Shown: piece after piece, positions 12,051-22,700 of the stretch | How positions within the stretch are numbered: the first letter of the stretch is position 1 | Layout of the letters: every line of letters begins with the position of its first letter | NCBI GenBank assembly: GCA_946965045.2 | Contig: OX337241.1 | Coordinates: 806,001-870,000, forward strand | Length of the DNA stretch: 64,000 nt | Direction: 5' to 3' | DNA from: Epithemia pelagica | Taxonomy: Eukaryota > Protista > Bacillariophyta | Translations under genes and position numbers: made by a program | The notes under the pieces: generated by a model | The model's database searches: none | Seen by the model: the letters and a program-made list of their open reading frames with translations, nothing else | What the model was told of the DNA's origin: nothing

Positions 12051-13004
12051 ATGGATGCACCGGATCCATCTTCTCCAATAAAGCCCATGATGGATCTTGC
12101 TTTGGCCATCAATGGGGCGTCGGTCACAACAACCAGAGATGGTTCACGTGCTCTTGACTCGCAAGCCCCAAACCATCAACAGCCTCGGCAGAGGTTGGGA
12201 TTCAGTGACCAGGCCGTTGCAATCATGTTAGCACGAAGAGAACAGGCCCTGAAAGTCCTTGCCGAAGCTCGGCTCAGAAGTGTTGTGGCAAATGTCTACC
12301 AAGGTACAGTTAACAGGAGTCTGCCACCACCTGCTGAGATCCAACTTCTCTTGCTTCAGCAACAGCAGCAACTTTATCAGCATCCACCGTCACCATCACT
12401 TGTACCCAAGAGTCCACCCGTTGCTTCTAGAGTTCTGTCAAGCCCCCCAATTGCCGCCCATCACGCCCTCAATGTTGAAGCTCTAACAAGGCAACCAAGT
12501 CAGTTTGGCGTGGACAACCATGTGAGCGTAGCACCCCCTCCTATCAAAAGAAACACTCTCCCTCACCCAAGTACTGCTGCTGGCCTTTCCAGCATTAAAA
12601 TTGAGAGGAACGAAGTCGTCTCTTCTGCGGACCCTCCGTCCAAGACGACCAGTAGTGGTAAGGATGAGGGAGTGGACCCTCAAAGTTTGGTGAAACACTC
12701 GTTTCCGGAAAAGATTTACTTCATGCTTGAAGCAGTCTCGAACGACACTCCTACGGTAGTATCGTTTGTGGACAATGGGACAGCCTTTTTGATTCACAAG
12801 CCAAGGATATTTGAAACTGAAATCATGCCCTTGTACTTCTCCTCCAGTCGCATGTCCTCCTTTCAACGTCAGCTCAACATTTATGGCTTTCAACGGGTGG
12901 ACAAGGGACAATGGCGAGGCTCCTATCGGCACCCCTACTTTGTACAGGGCAAGCCAGACCTTTTGAAAAAGATCAAACGGTGTTCCAGTAACAAGAAAAG
13001 GTAG
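12051..13004 (+). CDS. Heat shock factor (HSF) DNA-binding domain transcription factor
   Basis: C-terminal HSF domain FPEKIYFMLE...SFVDNGTAFLIHKP...FQRQLNIYGFQRV...YRHPYFVQGKPDLLKKIKR after a Q/P/S-rich N-terminus. First ATG at 12051. Confidence 0.92.
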   Translation: MDAPDPSSPIKPMMDLALAINGASVTTTRDGSRALDSQAPNHQQPRQRLGFSDQAVAIMLARREQALKVLAEARLRSVVANVYQGTVNRSLPPPAEIQLLLLQQQQQLYQHPPSPSLVPKSPPVASRVLSSPPIAAHHALNVEALTRQPSQFGVDNHVSVAPPPIKRNTLPHPSTAAGLSSIKIERNEVVSSADPPSKTTSSGKDEGVDPQSLVKHSFPEKIYFMLEAVSNDTPTVVSFVDNGTAFLIHKPRIFETEIMPLYFSSSRMSSFQRQLNIYGFQRVDKGQWRGSYRHPYFVQGKPDLLKKIKRCSSNKKR

Positions 13005-13572
13005 CCTATAATGTAGACAAGTGCCTTTGAGCGTGCTATAGTAAAGGTTACCTCTAGCTTTTCCTTTTCAGGTTCACACCAACATCTTGTCGGCCAACGG
13101 CGACATTAGATCAAGCTGGTCCATCATTCATACAACAAGCGAGAGTTCTGAGATGGCCTCTCGCATTAGATTCTCGATTTGCGATCTCGACAGCCCTTCA
13201 AACTTCTCCTTCAATGGTTGCACTTGACCCTGCAAGCCATTTGGCGGTTCGCGGTTGACACTAGACAGACACACGCCGGAGAACGGAGAATAATGGAGAA
13301 TGGATGAAGAAAGAAACCAGAATGCGTTGATGTCTGAATCATTGGGATCTGCGGTGTTGTTCCATAATAAAAATCACTTCAGAAAGTGTAAAGTATCGGC
13401 TATTTACAGTAGACAATAAATCTCAGCAAAAAGTTCGGTCGCAGGAATCGTTTCAGCGTGATTACTGCGACTCACGAAAAATGGGAGGATTGTCTTCGTC
13501 ATTTTCCATTGAGCGTGTCGAGCTCTTGATGTGTTTGCTTGATTGGTAGGAAGCTCCCTCACATCATTACCA

Positions 13573-14517
13573 ATGGAGGAGAAGAGAGGAGGAGAAAGGC
13601 TCATTATGGGTATTCGTCGTGTGTATCCAGCCGTGATGCGCTTCATTCAAACAGTCGTTGTGTTCGGTTTGTGCCTCGTGTCATTTTTTGTGGGTCATCA
13701 GCGCGTAACTCGTTCCTTGGATGGCACATCGTTGAGTACATTCTTTTTCGAGCAAGCGCAACCTGAAATATGTATTGTGACGGCACTCTATGGTGACCAT
13801 GTGGAGCAATTTGATAGCTTGCCGGAGCCGCCCAAGCCATTTCGCAAGCAGTCCGATTTTCGATTTTATGTCTTTACAAATCAGCCATTGTACCGCCCAC
13901 CGTGGCCATGGATTCCCATTTCCTCCACAACAGGCTTGCAATTGAGTAATTTGACTCGATGGGTTACCAAATCTCGGTATGGGAAGTTTTTGGCCTGGCG
14001 CGAACCTCACCTGGAACGCTGCAAATGCATCTTATATCAAGATGCGATTATTTCCATAAAGGGCTCGCCCGACTGGTTTCGCCACATTTCCAAAGTGGTT
14101 TCCAAGAGTCCGATTGGACTGATGCAAAACCCAAATCCCTACGCTAGAGCTGGACTTCGTGATGAATTCCGAGTAATTGTCCAAATGAGAAAGGACTCGG
14201 CTGAACATGTCAATGCAAGTCTCACATGGTTGCTGCAGCAACCAGACTTTGAAGATTCCATTGTCGTTTTTGGCAATACCTTTTTTGCCTACAATCCAAA
14301 ATCGATAGCCTACCGTCGCTTGTCGCAAACCTTTTGGGATTTGTACGCGTCGGAACAATTCACCATTCGAGATCAACCGTTTTGGTCCTTTTTGTTGTGG
14401 AGATTCAACATGACACCCCTTCAGTTCCCATTGGAACCAGGAGAACTGTACAAGGCATATCACAAGAGACGAGGCTTTGGGGGTCATAAATACGTCAACA
14501 AAACGAAAGAGGAGTGA
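13573..14517 (+). CDS. Type II membrane protein, DUF616/TOD1-MUCI70 glycosyltransferase-like
   Basis: N-terminal hydrophobic anchor (TVVVFGLCLVSFFV), then ICIVTALYG, FYVFTNQ, SRYGKF, ILYQDA and RDQPFWSFLLW, which resemble this family from memory. Confidence 0.6.
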   Translation: MEEKRGGERLIMGIRRVYPAVMRFIQTVVVFGLCLVSFFVGHQRVTRSLDGTSLSTFFFEQAQPEICIVTALYGDHVEQFDSLPEPPKPFRKQSDFRFYVFTNQPLYRPPWPWIPISSTTGLQLSNLTRWVTKSRYGKFLAWREPHLERCKCILYQDAIISIKGSPDWFRHISKVVSKSPIGLMQNPNPYARAGLRDEFRVIVQMRKDSAEHVNASLTWLLQQPDFEDSIVVFGNTFFAYNPKSIAYRRLSQTFWDLYASEQFTIRDQPFWSFLLWRFNMTPLQFPLEPGELYKAYHKRRGFGGHKYVNKTKEE

Positions 14518-14915
14518 GCATCCGTGTCTGTGTTTCTCCACGGTAGTTTTCGTGAGACATTCATGCTTTGATCATAGGTCATATGTGCACTGGTTCGTTC
14601 CACGTGTTTCGATCATTGCGTCTTGGTAGCAACGAATGGTACAGACATGGATGCTTTGAAGACGAACATCCATCAACAGAGTCACAACAAGAATGACCTT
14701 TTGTCTTTCTCTCGAGCCTTAGCTCGTAACGAAGATGTAAGACATGGACGCATGAATGATTTGAGGGCAAGCAACGATAAACAGAGGATAATGGTCAACC
14801 AACTCTGTGCTCTTCGGAATTCGCAAGGCTCTCATAGGCATTGTGTCGACGGAGACTGGTCGAGAATCGATGAAGAGAACGTTCTTTCGTAGCCTCCCCT
14901 GTGAATACATGTATT

Positions 14916-17900
14916 TTAGTTTAACGATTCCAGCAAGTCACTCCCCAGTTTTGAAATGTCTGTGTCCACGTGGTCTTTGCACCAGCTGGTGGACTCTACA
15001 AGTTGTTCCTTTTTGTGGCTGGAACGATCGGCATCGTACAGGAGCCCAAGGAGTTGAAGGTTCAAACACACCCTGGACTTGGACTCTTCCAGTTTTCCTT
15101 GAGATTCAATGAATTTACTTGACATCTCAAAGAGCTTGTCTCTCACGGTATCGCTTTTCCAGGCCACGCGAATGGCCGCTGAAATACTTCCTTCAAAAGG
15201 CCAGAGTTCCCTGGGAGAATCAACCAAGGCTGGAGCTACGTCATCTGACTGCTGTCCGGCATTCACATGGTTCAGAACCTCAGAGACACACTGTGCGTAC
15301 TTTTGTGCCATGCCAGCTTTCACACTGCGACGATTCAACCCCAATGAGGAAATGGCCTTATCAAACAGATCTTCAAAGTCCTCACCTTTGCCATCAAAGG
15401 TCACCAACAAATGCTGGAGCAGTTCAAAGTGTTGATTGGAATGAAACCTTCGATGAGAAAATGCTACAGCTAACCGTAACGGAAATCGTATCATTTTGGT
15501 ACTTGTGCCATAGTCTTCACTTCCCGATAATATTTTACACCATTCTGCAGTTTGACCGACCATTTCTGGAACATCGTCTTTCGTGAGCAATGTCCATTCA
15601 GTTAGAAAGCAACAAGCCCACGAAAAAAGCGATTCCAGTGTAGTTTTAATGGTTTTTGCCCCTTCCGCATTGTCACGTAAAAAGGTTTTTGTCATGGACG
15701 CATTCCCATCCAATGCCGCCGACGACCTCGTCAAACGTCGACGACTACCACGGCTTTCGACAGAATCGGGACTCAAAATGGAGTCTTTTGCAACTGGAGA
15801 GTTGACTGGATTGCGGGAATCGGGTGCTACCATCATTGGTATCACTGTAGAGGATACCCATGACAGAATGACTTGTACCGGGTGCTTTTCCTTGTCCGTG
15901 TCTTCAAATTCCTTTGAACACTCCGAATACAACCAAAAATTCAGCTTGCCATAAAGCTCACATGCCATGAGAGCAAACTCAAGATTGCTGTCCGACATGT
16001 CACAGGATTCCCTGTCCTGGAGCATTCGCGACAAGTACGAAAAGACCTTTCCCAGAGCATCCCGAAGAATACTTTGAATGTCGGTGTGGCACAAGAGCGT
16101 TTGACGAGCCTGTACAAACATGGGTCTGGAATCTTGGAGAATCGTGGCAAGGGACTCAAGTGCAAGCTGGGGAGGGAATCGGGGAATGGAACTTTGATCC
16201 ACGATAGCTCGGCCGCGTGCTCCTTTTCCTCGTCGTCTCTCAGCCACGGGGGATGGATTCTCATAGAGTCCAGAGGTTTCACCATCCAAGAACCCAGAAA
16301 TGGAGCTGGCTAAAGACGTGGCGACCCCCGATTCCATATCTGAATGACAAAGCAGCGCGACATAGGCTGGAACACATGTTCGGTAAATGGTTTTATGGGG
16401 ACTCTCATGAACCTCCCGTAACAAGGAATACACAAACGCGAGATGAGTTGACCGATCGTGGGAAGGCATTCGTGATGCACATTGAAGCAAGGCAGCCCGA
16501 CAGCGATTGTAGTGGCTCAACTGGTGTTGAGCCTGTTGATCCTCGCTTTCACTACAGATGGTCGCCTTGCGCTCGACATATTCCAGCAGCACTTGAATGT
16601 TGGCTTTGACAAAATACTGTTCCAAGTATTGCTGTGATTCCTTGTGGGCATTCTTGCGTAGGTGCGGTTCCATGGATTCCCACAGCAGGGCTGCCGTTTC
16701 CGTCACTCGGGCCAATAATAAAGTGTTGGATGCCGGCAAGAGTGGACCATTTTTGTTCGATTCCGTTGGCGGTGCTTCTGTTTCCGAGTCCTCGTCTTGT
16801 TGTTTCGGAGAAGGCGGGCGTTTTCGTTTTGACTTTCGGTTCGCATCCTTGGTGTGCCTTCGAGTGCGTTTGCGTGTTTGGGATGACACATTGTCCGATT
16901 CCTCTTCCGACGTCACAGCCTTTGTCCGAGTGCGTGTTTGGGAGTTATTGGCCGGTTCGTCATGTTCCGATGCCACGGCCTTGAAGAGACATTTAAACAA
17001 CCACACAATCAGCTTGGTAACGACGGGAACTCCCGTGTGCGTGCCCAGATTTTGATAAAAGACTGCAGCCGTATCGGGATGTTTTTCCAGAAAGGCTAGG
17101 GTTCGTGAGATTTGATTCATGGGATCCACACCTTGTGGCAAGTAGGAATTGAGCATGAGGGAGGTTAATGCGGAAGCGACGGGTCCCTGAAGACGGGGTT
17201 CCTCCGCCAATCGAACCCGAAGATGGGCGGCCTTGACAACTTGAAAGTACTTGAGGTCCGGTACGACCGTCTTGACTTGAATCAAGAGCTGGACGGCCGC
17301 CAAGCGGACCTTTTCCACCTTGTCATGAATTAACTGGCCCAGAGGGGGGAGGAGCGGCTGCAGGACGGCATGGGACTGTGGTGTCGACAAGAGGGTGGAC
17401 ACGGCCTGAAGTGCCGCGGCGCGCACCGCCGGTGATCCAGCGTCGGACGCATGAATTGTCACAATCCGATCCAAGAGTTTGTGAATTTCCACCGACGGAA
17501 TCACCTCCCAGAGTTGTGTGAGGGCTTGAGCCACAGCCGTGGACGCGGCCACGCGCACCTGACTATCCGAATCTTGCAACAAACCGTCGAGTGCGGCACA
17601 GGCCTTGGTCAAGTGTTTGTGCGCTTGTGTGTGTGATGAATCGTGGAGAGGAAAGACGTATCCAAAGACGCGAGTGGCATGGAGGCGTACATGGGCATTG
17701 GAGACGGTAAAGGATCGCCACAAAATGGGCGCCAACAATCGATGCAGCAAGTCTTCCACTTCAGGCTTGAGTTTATTGTCAAAAAATGGCTTCATAATAG
17801 TCATGAGGGCATGGAACATGCAAGGCTTGACCACGTGAATCATGGTGTACACTATATCGGCCAAAACCTCCAGTTCAAGTTGTTGTCGAATATCTACAGC

Positions 17901-19055
17901 TTCTTCATCCTCAGTGACGTTCGGTTCTGGAGCATCCTTCCATGCACGATAATAAATTTCCGCATAGGCGTGTAGAATGGATGGTTTGGCGGTAGGAATT
18001 TGGGCTCGCATACAATGATGGAGACTGGAAATAAGAAAGGGATCGGCATGAAACAAAAAGGCCAGGAACCGTCGTCCTTCGGGCAGTTTCAGGCAGGTGG
18101 GAGACGAGGCTACGCGGAGCAAAATGGATCGAGACCAGGCGGACGACTCGTCTTCAAAGTCGATACAGGAAATGGCATGGCGCATTTGGTACAAGCGAGA
18201 GAGTTCTGCCTTGGGGGCAGTGTGGTTGTTCAAAACGACGGATTGAATTAATAGGGGCAAGGACTGCGACACGAGGTATTCTCGGTTGGATGCATTGGCT
18301 AGCCACCAAGCTTCGCAGAGTTTGAGAATGGGTTTTTGAGTCTCTCGTCCATCCAATCCGCAGTGCAAAAGACTGAATAAACTGTCGTGCAATGTCATGG
18401 CCAGGTCAAAGGCTTCCTCGAGAATCCGGACTGGCGTATCCTTCTTGTGTTGGCTGTTATTCGTGTTGTTGTTGTGTTTCTTCTTTTTTCGTGCCACGAT
18501 TTCGTCCAGAAAGGTTTGTGTACACAGGGCACACAGTCGAAGAAACTGCATGGCTCGTGACGAGTGCGGATCGGGAAGAATCTTGTCGGGATACAAGAGC
18601 GCTTGATCGTCGTTATTGGGTTCCGCACTGTCCCCATTCGGCTGCTCCGAGGTCACGGCTGTAGGAACATGGTCTTGTCTCGCAATCACATCCTTGGCCA
18701 ATGCATTCAAACCACCAAAAAAGCGTTGAGCTTGACTGGGGGTAAAACATTCAATGGCATTCAAGAGCAATGTTCGTTGTTCTTTGGCCGAGAGTTCCTC
18801 CTCCATAAAGCTACTGGTACCACCGGCAAACAATTCCACAAAGGCTTCCAACGAAAGACGCTCCTGGTCTCGAGTGGTATTGACGGCCCGGGGAGTGTCC
18901 GCATCCTTATCTACGACGGAATCATCCTTGTGGTTATTGTTGTTGTAAGGAATCGCTTCTTCTTCGACCGATGCTAACAAGGCTGTCGTGACACTCTTTT
19001 GCAAGGTCGAGCTTCGACTCGATGTTGCTGTGACCCTTCTTCCAGAAGATGTCAT
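14916..19055 (-). CDS. NCAPG2: Condensin-2 complex subunit G2
   Basis: HEAT-rich N-terminal half with CEAWW...REYLVSQSLPLL, IDFEDES, EGRRFLAFLF, AYAEIYYRAWK, LAPILWRSFTVSNAHVR and DKVEKVRLAAVQLL. First ATG at 19055. Confidence 0.88.
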   Translation of the reverse strand: MTSSGRRVTATSSRSSTLQKSVTTALLASVEEEAIPYNNNNHKDDSVVDKDADTPRAVNTTRDQERLSLEAFVELFAGGTSSFMEEELSAKEQRTLLLNAIECFTPSQAQRFFGGLNALAKDVIARQDHVPTAVTSEQPNGDSAEPNNDDQALLYPDKILPDPHSSRAMQFLRLCALCTQTFLDEIVARKKKKHNNNTNNSQHKKDTPVRILEEAFDLAMTLHDSLFSLLHCGLDGRETQKPILKLCEAWWLANASNREYLVSQSLPLLIQSVVLNNHTAPKAELSRLYQMRHAISCIDFEDESSAWSRSILLRVASSPTCLKLPEGRRFLAFLFHADPFLISSLHHCMRAQIPTAKPSILHAYAEIYYRAWKDAPEPNVTEDEEAVDIRQQLELEVLADIVYTMIHVVKPCMFHALMTIMKPFFDNKLKPEVEDLLHRLLAPILWRSFTVSNAHVRLHATRVFGYVFPLHDSSHTQAHKHLTKACAALDGLLQDSDSQVRVAASTAVAQALTQLWEVIPSVEIHKLLDRIVTIHASDAGSPAVRAAALQAVSTLLSTPQSHAVLQPLLPPLGQLIHDKVEKVRLAAVQLLIQVKTVVPDLKYFQVVKAAHLRVRLAEEPRLQGPVASALTSLMLNSYLPQGVDPMNQISRTLAFLEKHPDTAAVFYQNLGTHTGVPVVTKLIVWLFKCLFKAVASEHDEPANNSQTRTRTKAVTSEEESDNVSSQTRKRTRRHTKDANRKSKRKRPPSPKQQDEDSETEAPPTESNKNGPLLPASNTLLLARVTETAALLWESMEPHLRKNAHKESQQYLEQYFVKANIQVLLEYVERKATICSESEDQQAQHQLSHYNRCRAALLQCASRMPSHDRSTHLAFVYSLLREVHESPHKTIYRTCVPAYVALLCHSDMESGVATSLASSISGFLDGETSGLYENPSPVAERRRGKGARGRAIVDQSSIPRFPPQLALESLATILQDSRPMFVQARQTLLCHTDIQSILRDALGKVFSYLSRMLQDRESCDMSDSNLEFALMACELYGKLNFWLYSECSKEFEDTDKEKHPVQVILSWVSSTVIPMMVAPDSRNPVNSPVAKDSILSPDSVESRGSRRRLTRSSAALDGNASMTKTFLRDNAEGAKTIKTTLESLFSWACCFLTEWTLLTKDDVPEMVGQTAEWCKILSGSEDYGTSTKMIRFPLRLAVAFSHRRFHSNQHFELLQHLLVTFDGKGEDFEDLFDKAISSLGLNRRSVKAGMAQKYAQCVSEVLNHVNAGQQSDDVAPALVDSPRELWPFEGSISAAIRVAWKSDTVRDKLFEMSSKFIESQGKLEESKSRVCLNLQLLGLLYDADRSSHKKEQLVESTSWCKDHVDTDISKLGSDLLESLN

Positions 19056-19796
19056 TCTACCAGAAACGTTTATCCCAATGTACTGCGTGGCTTGTTCGGG
19101 TATGTGCAATCTACAATGTCAAAGACCTCTGCACTCTGCAGCAGGCCAAAAGACAACAGACTTGTCAAAACAACAACGAATGTGTGACGCTTCCTCACGA
19201 ATCTGACCCGGTCGGCGCGCTCTGTCGTGACGAATTTGAATTGCGGCGCGGGACTGCCTGTGGGACTGACTGTGAGAATGCTATGTCCTCTATGTCTATA
19301 AGATATTCTGATCTGCTCTCTAGCTAGGATGGAGCACAATTAGGGCATGTTACCATTCGGTATTCCGTCGTTCCTAGTGGAGTAGCTCCATAAACCAATA
19401 ATCTGATATTTTGGAAGAGAAGATCAACCAACCGGCATATACCGAAAAGGAAAAGAACCCTCTCTTCTAGGGTTATCACGAGCAACGAAACAATTCTACA
19501 CCCCGACTGCTCGTGTTGGAACCCTTTGTCTTGAGACTATCGTACAACACAAAGAGCAGAAACCTATCTCACAATCCCTTACTTTCACAATCAATAATCA
19601 AGGATTTTAGCACAGATCCTGGGTAAAGTGCCACTGAACACACAGCCATGTTGGACTATAATCTTACATAATATACCCCGAATGATTCTCTCACCCCATG
19701 GCTTGCATTATTGTCCAGAAAGAAGAACAAACCTGCCTCGCTATCCCACGATCTTTATTCCAAGGACCAAGGATTTTTAGACACAAAGCTTTGTTC

Positions 19797-22700
19797 TCAA
19801 AAAGGCAGAACCGAGTTGCCCGGTCGTTGCTGCGGTCTCGTGTTGTCCCTCGTCGTACTGACGATGGTGGAGCGCGTCATGGAGCTGGTGGTGGATCCCA
19901 CTGATTCGTTTCCTGCATTTCTTACTTTGTAAAACTCTTTTTGTTGGTAAGGATACAACGAACCAATGGAACCGTTGCGATCCATGCCTTCGGTCGAAGG
20001 AGTAGAAGAGGTCAACTGTACCTCGTGCGGCATCATCATGCCATCCGCGTATGAAACTCCCCCTCCACTGCTGTCGCTTAAACGATGCATCATGCGCTTG
20101 ACTCGTTCTTCCCGGGCGGCTTTGGTAATTTTTAACTCTTGTGACCGTGCCGGAGATACTCCCGTCGAACGCCGCCGACGAGGAATTCCCTTGCTGCTGC
20201 CGTATATCTTGTGATGAGAATGGTCACCTGCAGATTGAAGCGTCATGGCATATTGCAATTGTTGTTTGAGCAGTTGGATTTGGGCATCCTTCTCTCGAAG
20301 ATCCGTCTTGGTTTGTTCCAATTCGCGTTCCGAATCCTGCGCCCGTTTCGTAGCCCGTTGTTGAATTTCTTTGATAATCTTAAGCTCCGATTGGACACTC
20401 TGCAATTGTGTCCCTCGACATTCCAGCGAGTCATCGAGTTGCTCCACGTCTTGCTTGAGTCGCGACACGTGCTGTTCCAAGCCTTGAATGGTTACATCCC
20501 GTGCACTAATCACGGTATCCTTCTCGTCCACAATCATGGCCAAGGAATGCACTTGTTCTTGTAAGGCTTCCATGTCCTGCGTCGAGTGAGCCTGTTGTGT
20601 GGCCTCATGCAACCGTCTCTTGTAGCGCTGATTGGATTCCGACAAGAGCTGCAAGGCTTGGATCATGCCCAAAGAGGTTTGTTCTTGTGCCATGAGGGCT
20701 TTTGTCACTTCAATGTGCCGTTTCTCCAACGCCCGAACCAGTGTATAGGCCATTTCCTCTTGTTCCGACAAGGTGCGAGACACATCCATTTGTCGATGGA
20801 CCAACGAGGCAACCATTTCGGGACTAATATCCGGAATATCAGTCTCCTCTGGGCCACTCTCGTCTTCATCAAGATTTAATGCACCGTCCGCATTATCGCC
20901 ATGTCGAGTGTCACTATTCACGCTGTCATTGTCATAACTTTCTGGGTGATCGAGCCCAATGCTACTGCTTGTACTTTCCATGTGGTTCGTGTTGTAGACA
21001 TGCTCCATGGGTTGCGTGTGGTCACGTTCATCATTCTTGTCGACATTGTCTGCTGGATCGCATTCATCGTCACTATCCCCAAAATCATACATTTCGCTAG
21101 GTTTGAGACCATTGTACTCGTCGGCGGCGGGTTTTAAGGAAACCTCAATCGGAGTCTTGATCTCTTCTGGCGGCGTGACATCAGGCACAACAGTAACCTG
21201 TGGTGCTCTGTCTGCTTCTGATTCATTTTCTTTCTCCTCGTCCTCCTTGTCGTTGTTTAGAATCTTGTCGTCATGTTCATTGTGGTCGTTTCGTTCATGA
21301 CCTTTATTTCCTGCTTTTGCTCCCTCTGGAAGATTTCCTGTTTCATCATCGTCTTCCTCGTCTTCCTCCTCGTCCCCCTCTTCCACAACCTCCATGTGAT
21401 CTATGACAGTTTCATCTATTGTTTCTTCTTCGTACTCGTCATCATCATCCACTTCAACTTCTTCATATTCAGACTCATCGTCATCGTCCTCAGGTGCTGA
21501 AGCATGATGTTGTTGTTCTTGCCGATCATCGTCCATGATGTGTTGAGGAGAAGGTTTGTGTTCCACCATGGGTGGATCTTCTTCGTCTTGAGATGTGTCA
21601 TCAATATCTCCTACAAATACGACAATTGGTGCGTTTTCGTCTTCTTCTTCTTCGTCGCCATCATCCTCTAGTGTCAAATGGACATGCTTTTGACTCGGAG
21701 ACTGGGGCTCCGCCACTTTATCAGATTCTGGCAAAGTTTCATCGTACTCAGTTGTATCCATTTGTTCAAGGACTTCATGGGCTGCACGATGTCCCGTTTC
21801 CATGGCAGCTTGGAGAGTAAAATTGGCATTTTGATCCGTGGCTTCACCACAAAAATGAATGCTGCTCTTTCCTCGGCCTTGACTCTCCGGTGTTTGAGCG
21901 TTACTGTCAGTTGTATTCTTGGCATCCTTCTCGTCCAAAATCACAATGGGAGCCGCCAGGGCTTCCAAATGATCCACCGTCATGCCCACACGAGGATACA
22001 ACTTTCCACATTCAATCCACGAGTGGCTTTCCCAATCGTGAATCATGACATCGACAAACTCGGCTCTCAAGTCATCTTCTCGCACCGACAAGACTGTGGC
22101 CAAATGTTGCAAACACAAATCGGTACACAATTTGGTATCCCAATACTTCCATCCCCCAGGTGCAATACGATCGTGAAGCGGCTCATCGTGTCCCGGCGAT
22201 TTGCCATTGGATGTGGCACCCTGGTTCTTGGTGTTGGACGAGTCTTTGCCCTTGGCGTCGTCCTGAGGGAGTTGACAATTGGCGACAAACTCATCGGCAT
22301 ATTCTCCCGACAGGGAAAACACAACCAAGTATTGCTCTTTCCCAACCTTTGTGTCGTGGTACGATCGAAAGCAAAGCTCTGGGAACATTAAACAATCACT
22401 GGCCACAATGGACTGGAGTTCTGCGGGCCAAAACGAACGCGACAATTTGAGCATGACCTTGCAATAATCTGTTGTGATGTGTAAGGTTTGGTTTTTCGCG
22501 GAGCAACAAGACAAGGAGAATGAGAAAACAATGAGCACGAAACAAAAGAGTGAGTCATGGTCTAAGACAGCGAAAGGAGGTACGGAACATTCAGCCGCGA
22601 AAAAGCAAACGATAGAGCACCATTCGTGCAACGTACTTGTATAACCAATGTAATTGAGCGCCTCCATTTTCTTGGAAGGCAAGATATTGGGCAAGATTCG

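Noticed and set aside
14623-14892. 89-aa ORF between the DUF616-like gene and NCAPG2
   Set aside because: Short, no motif, and it lies between converging 3' ends, so it cannot be supported.
1585-19055. CDC20 and NCAPG2 as a mitotic gene cluster
   Set aside because: They are separated by unrelated genes and transposons, and two genes are compatible with chance.
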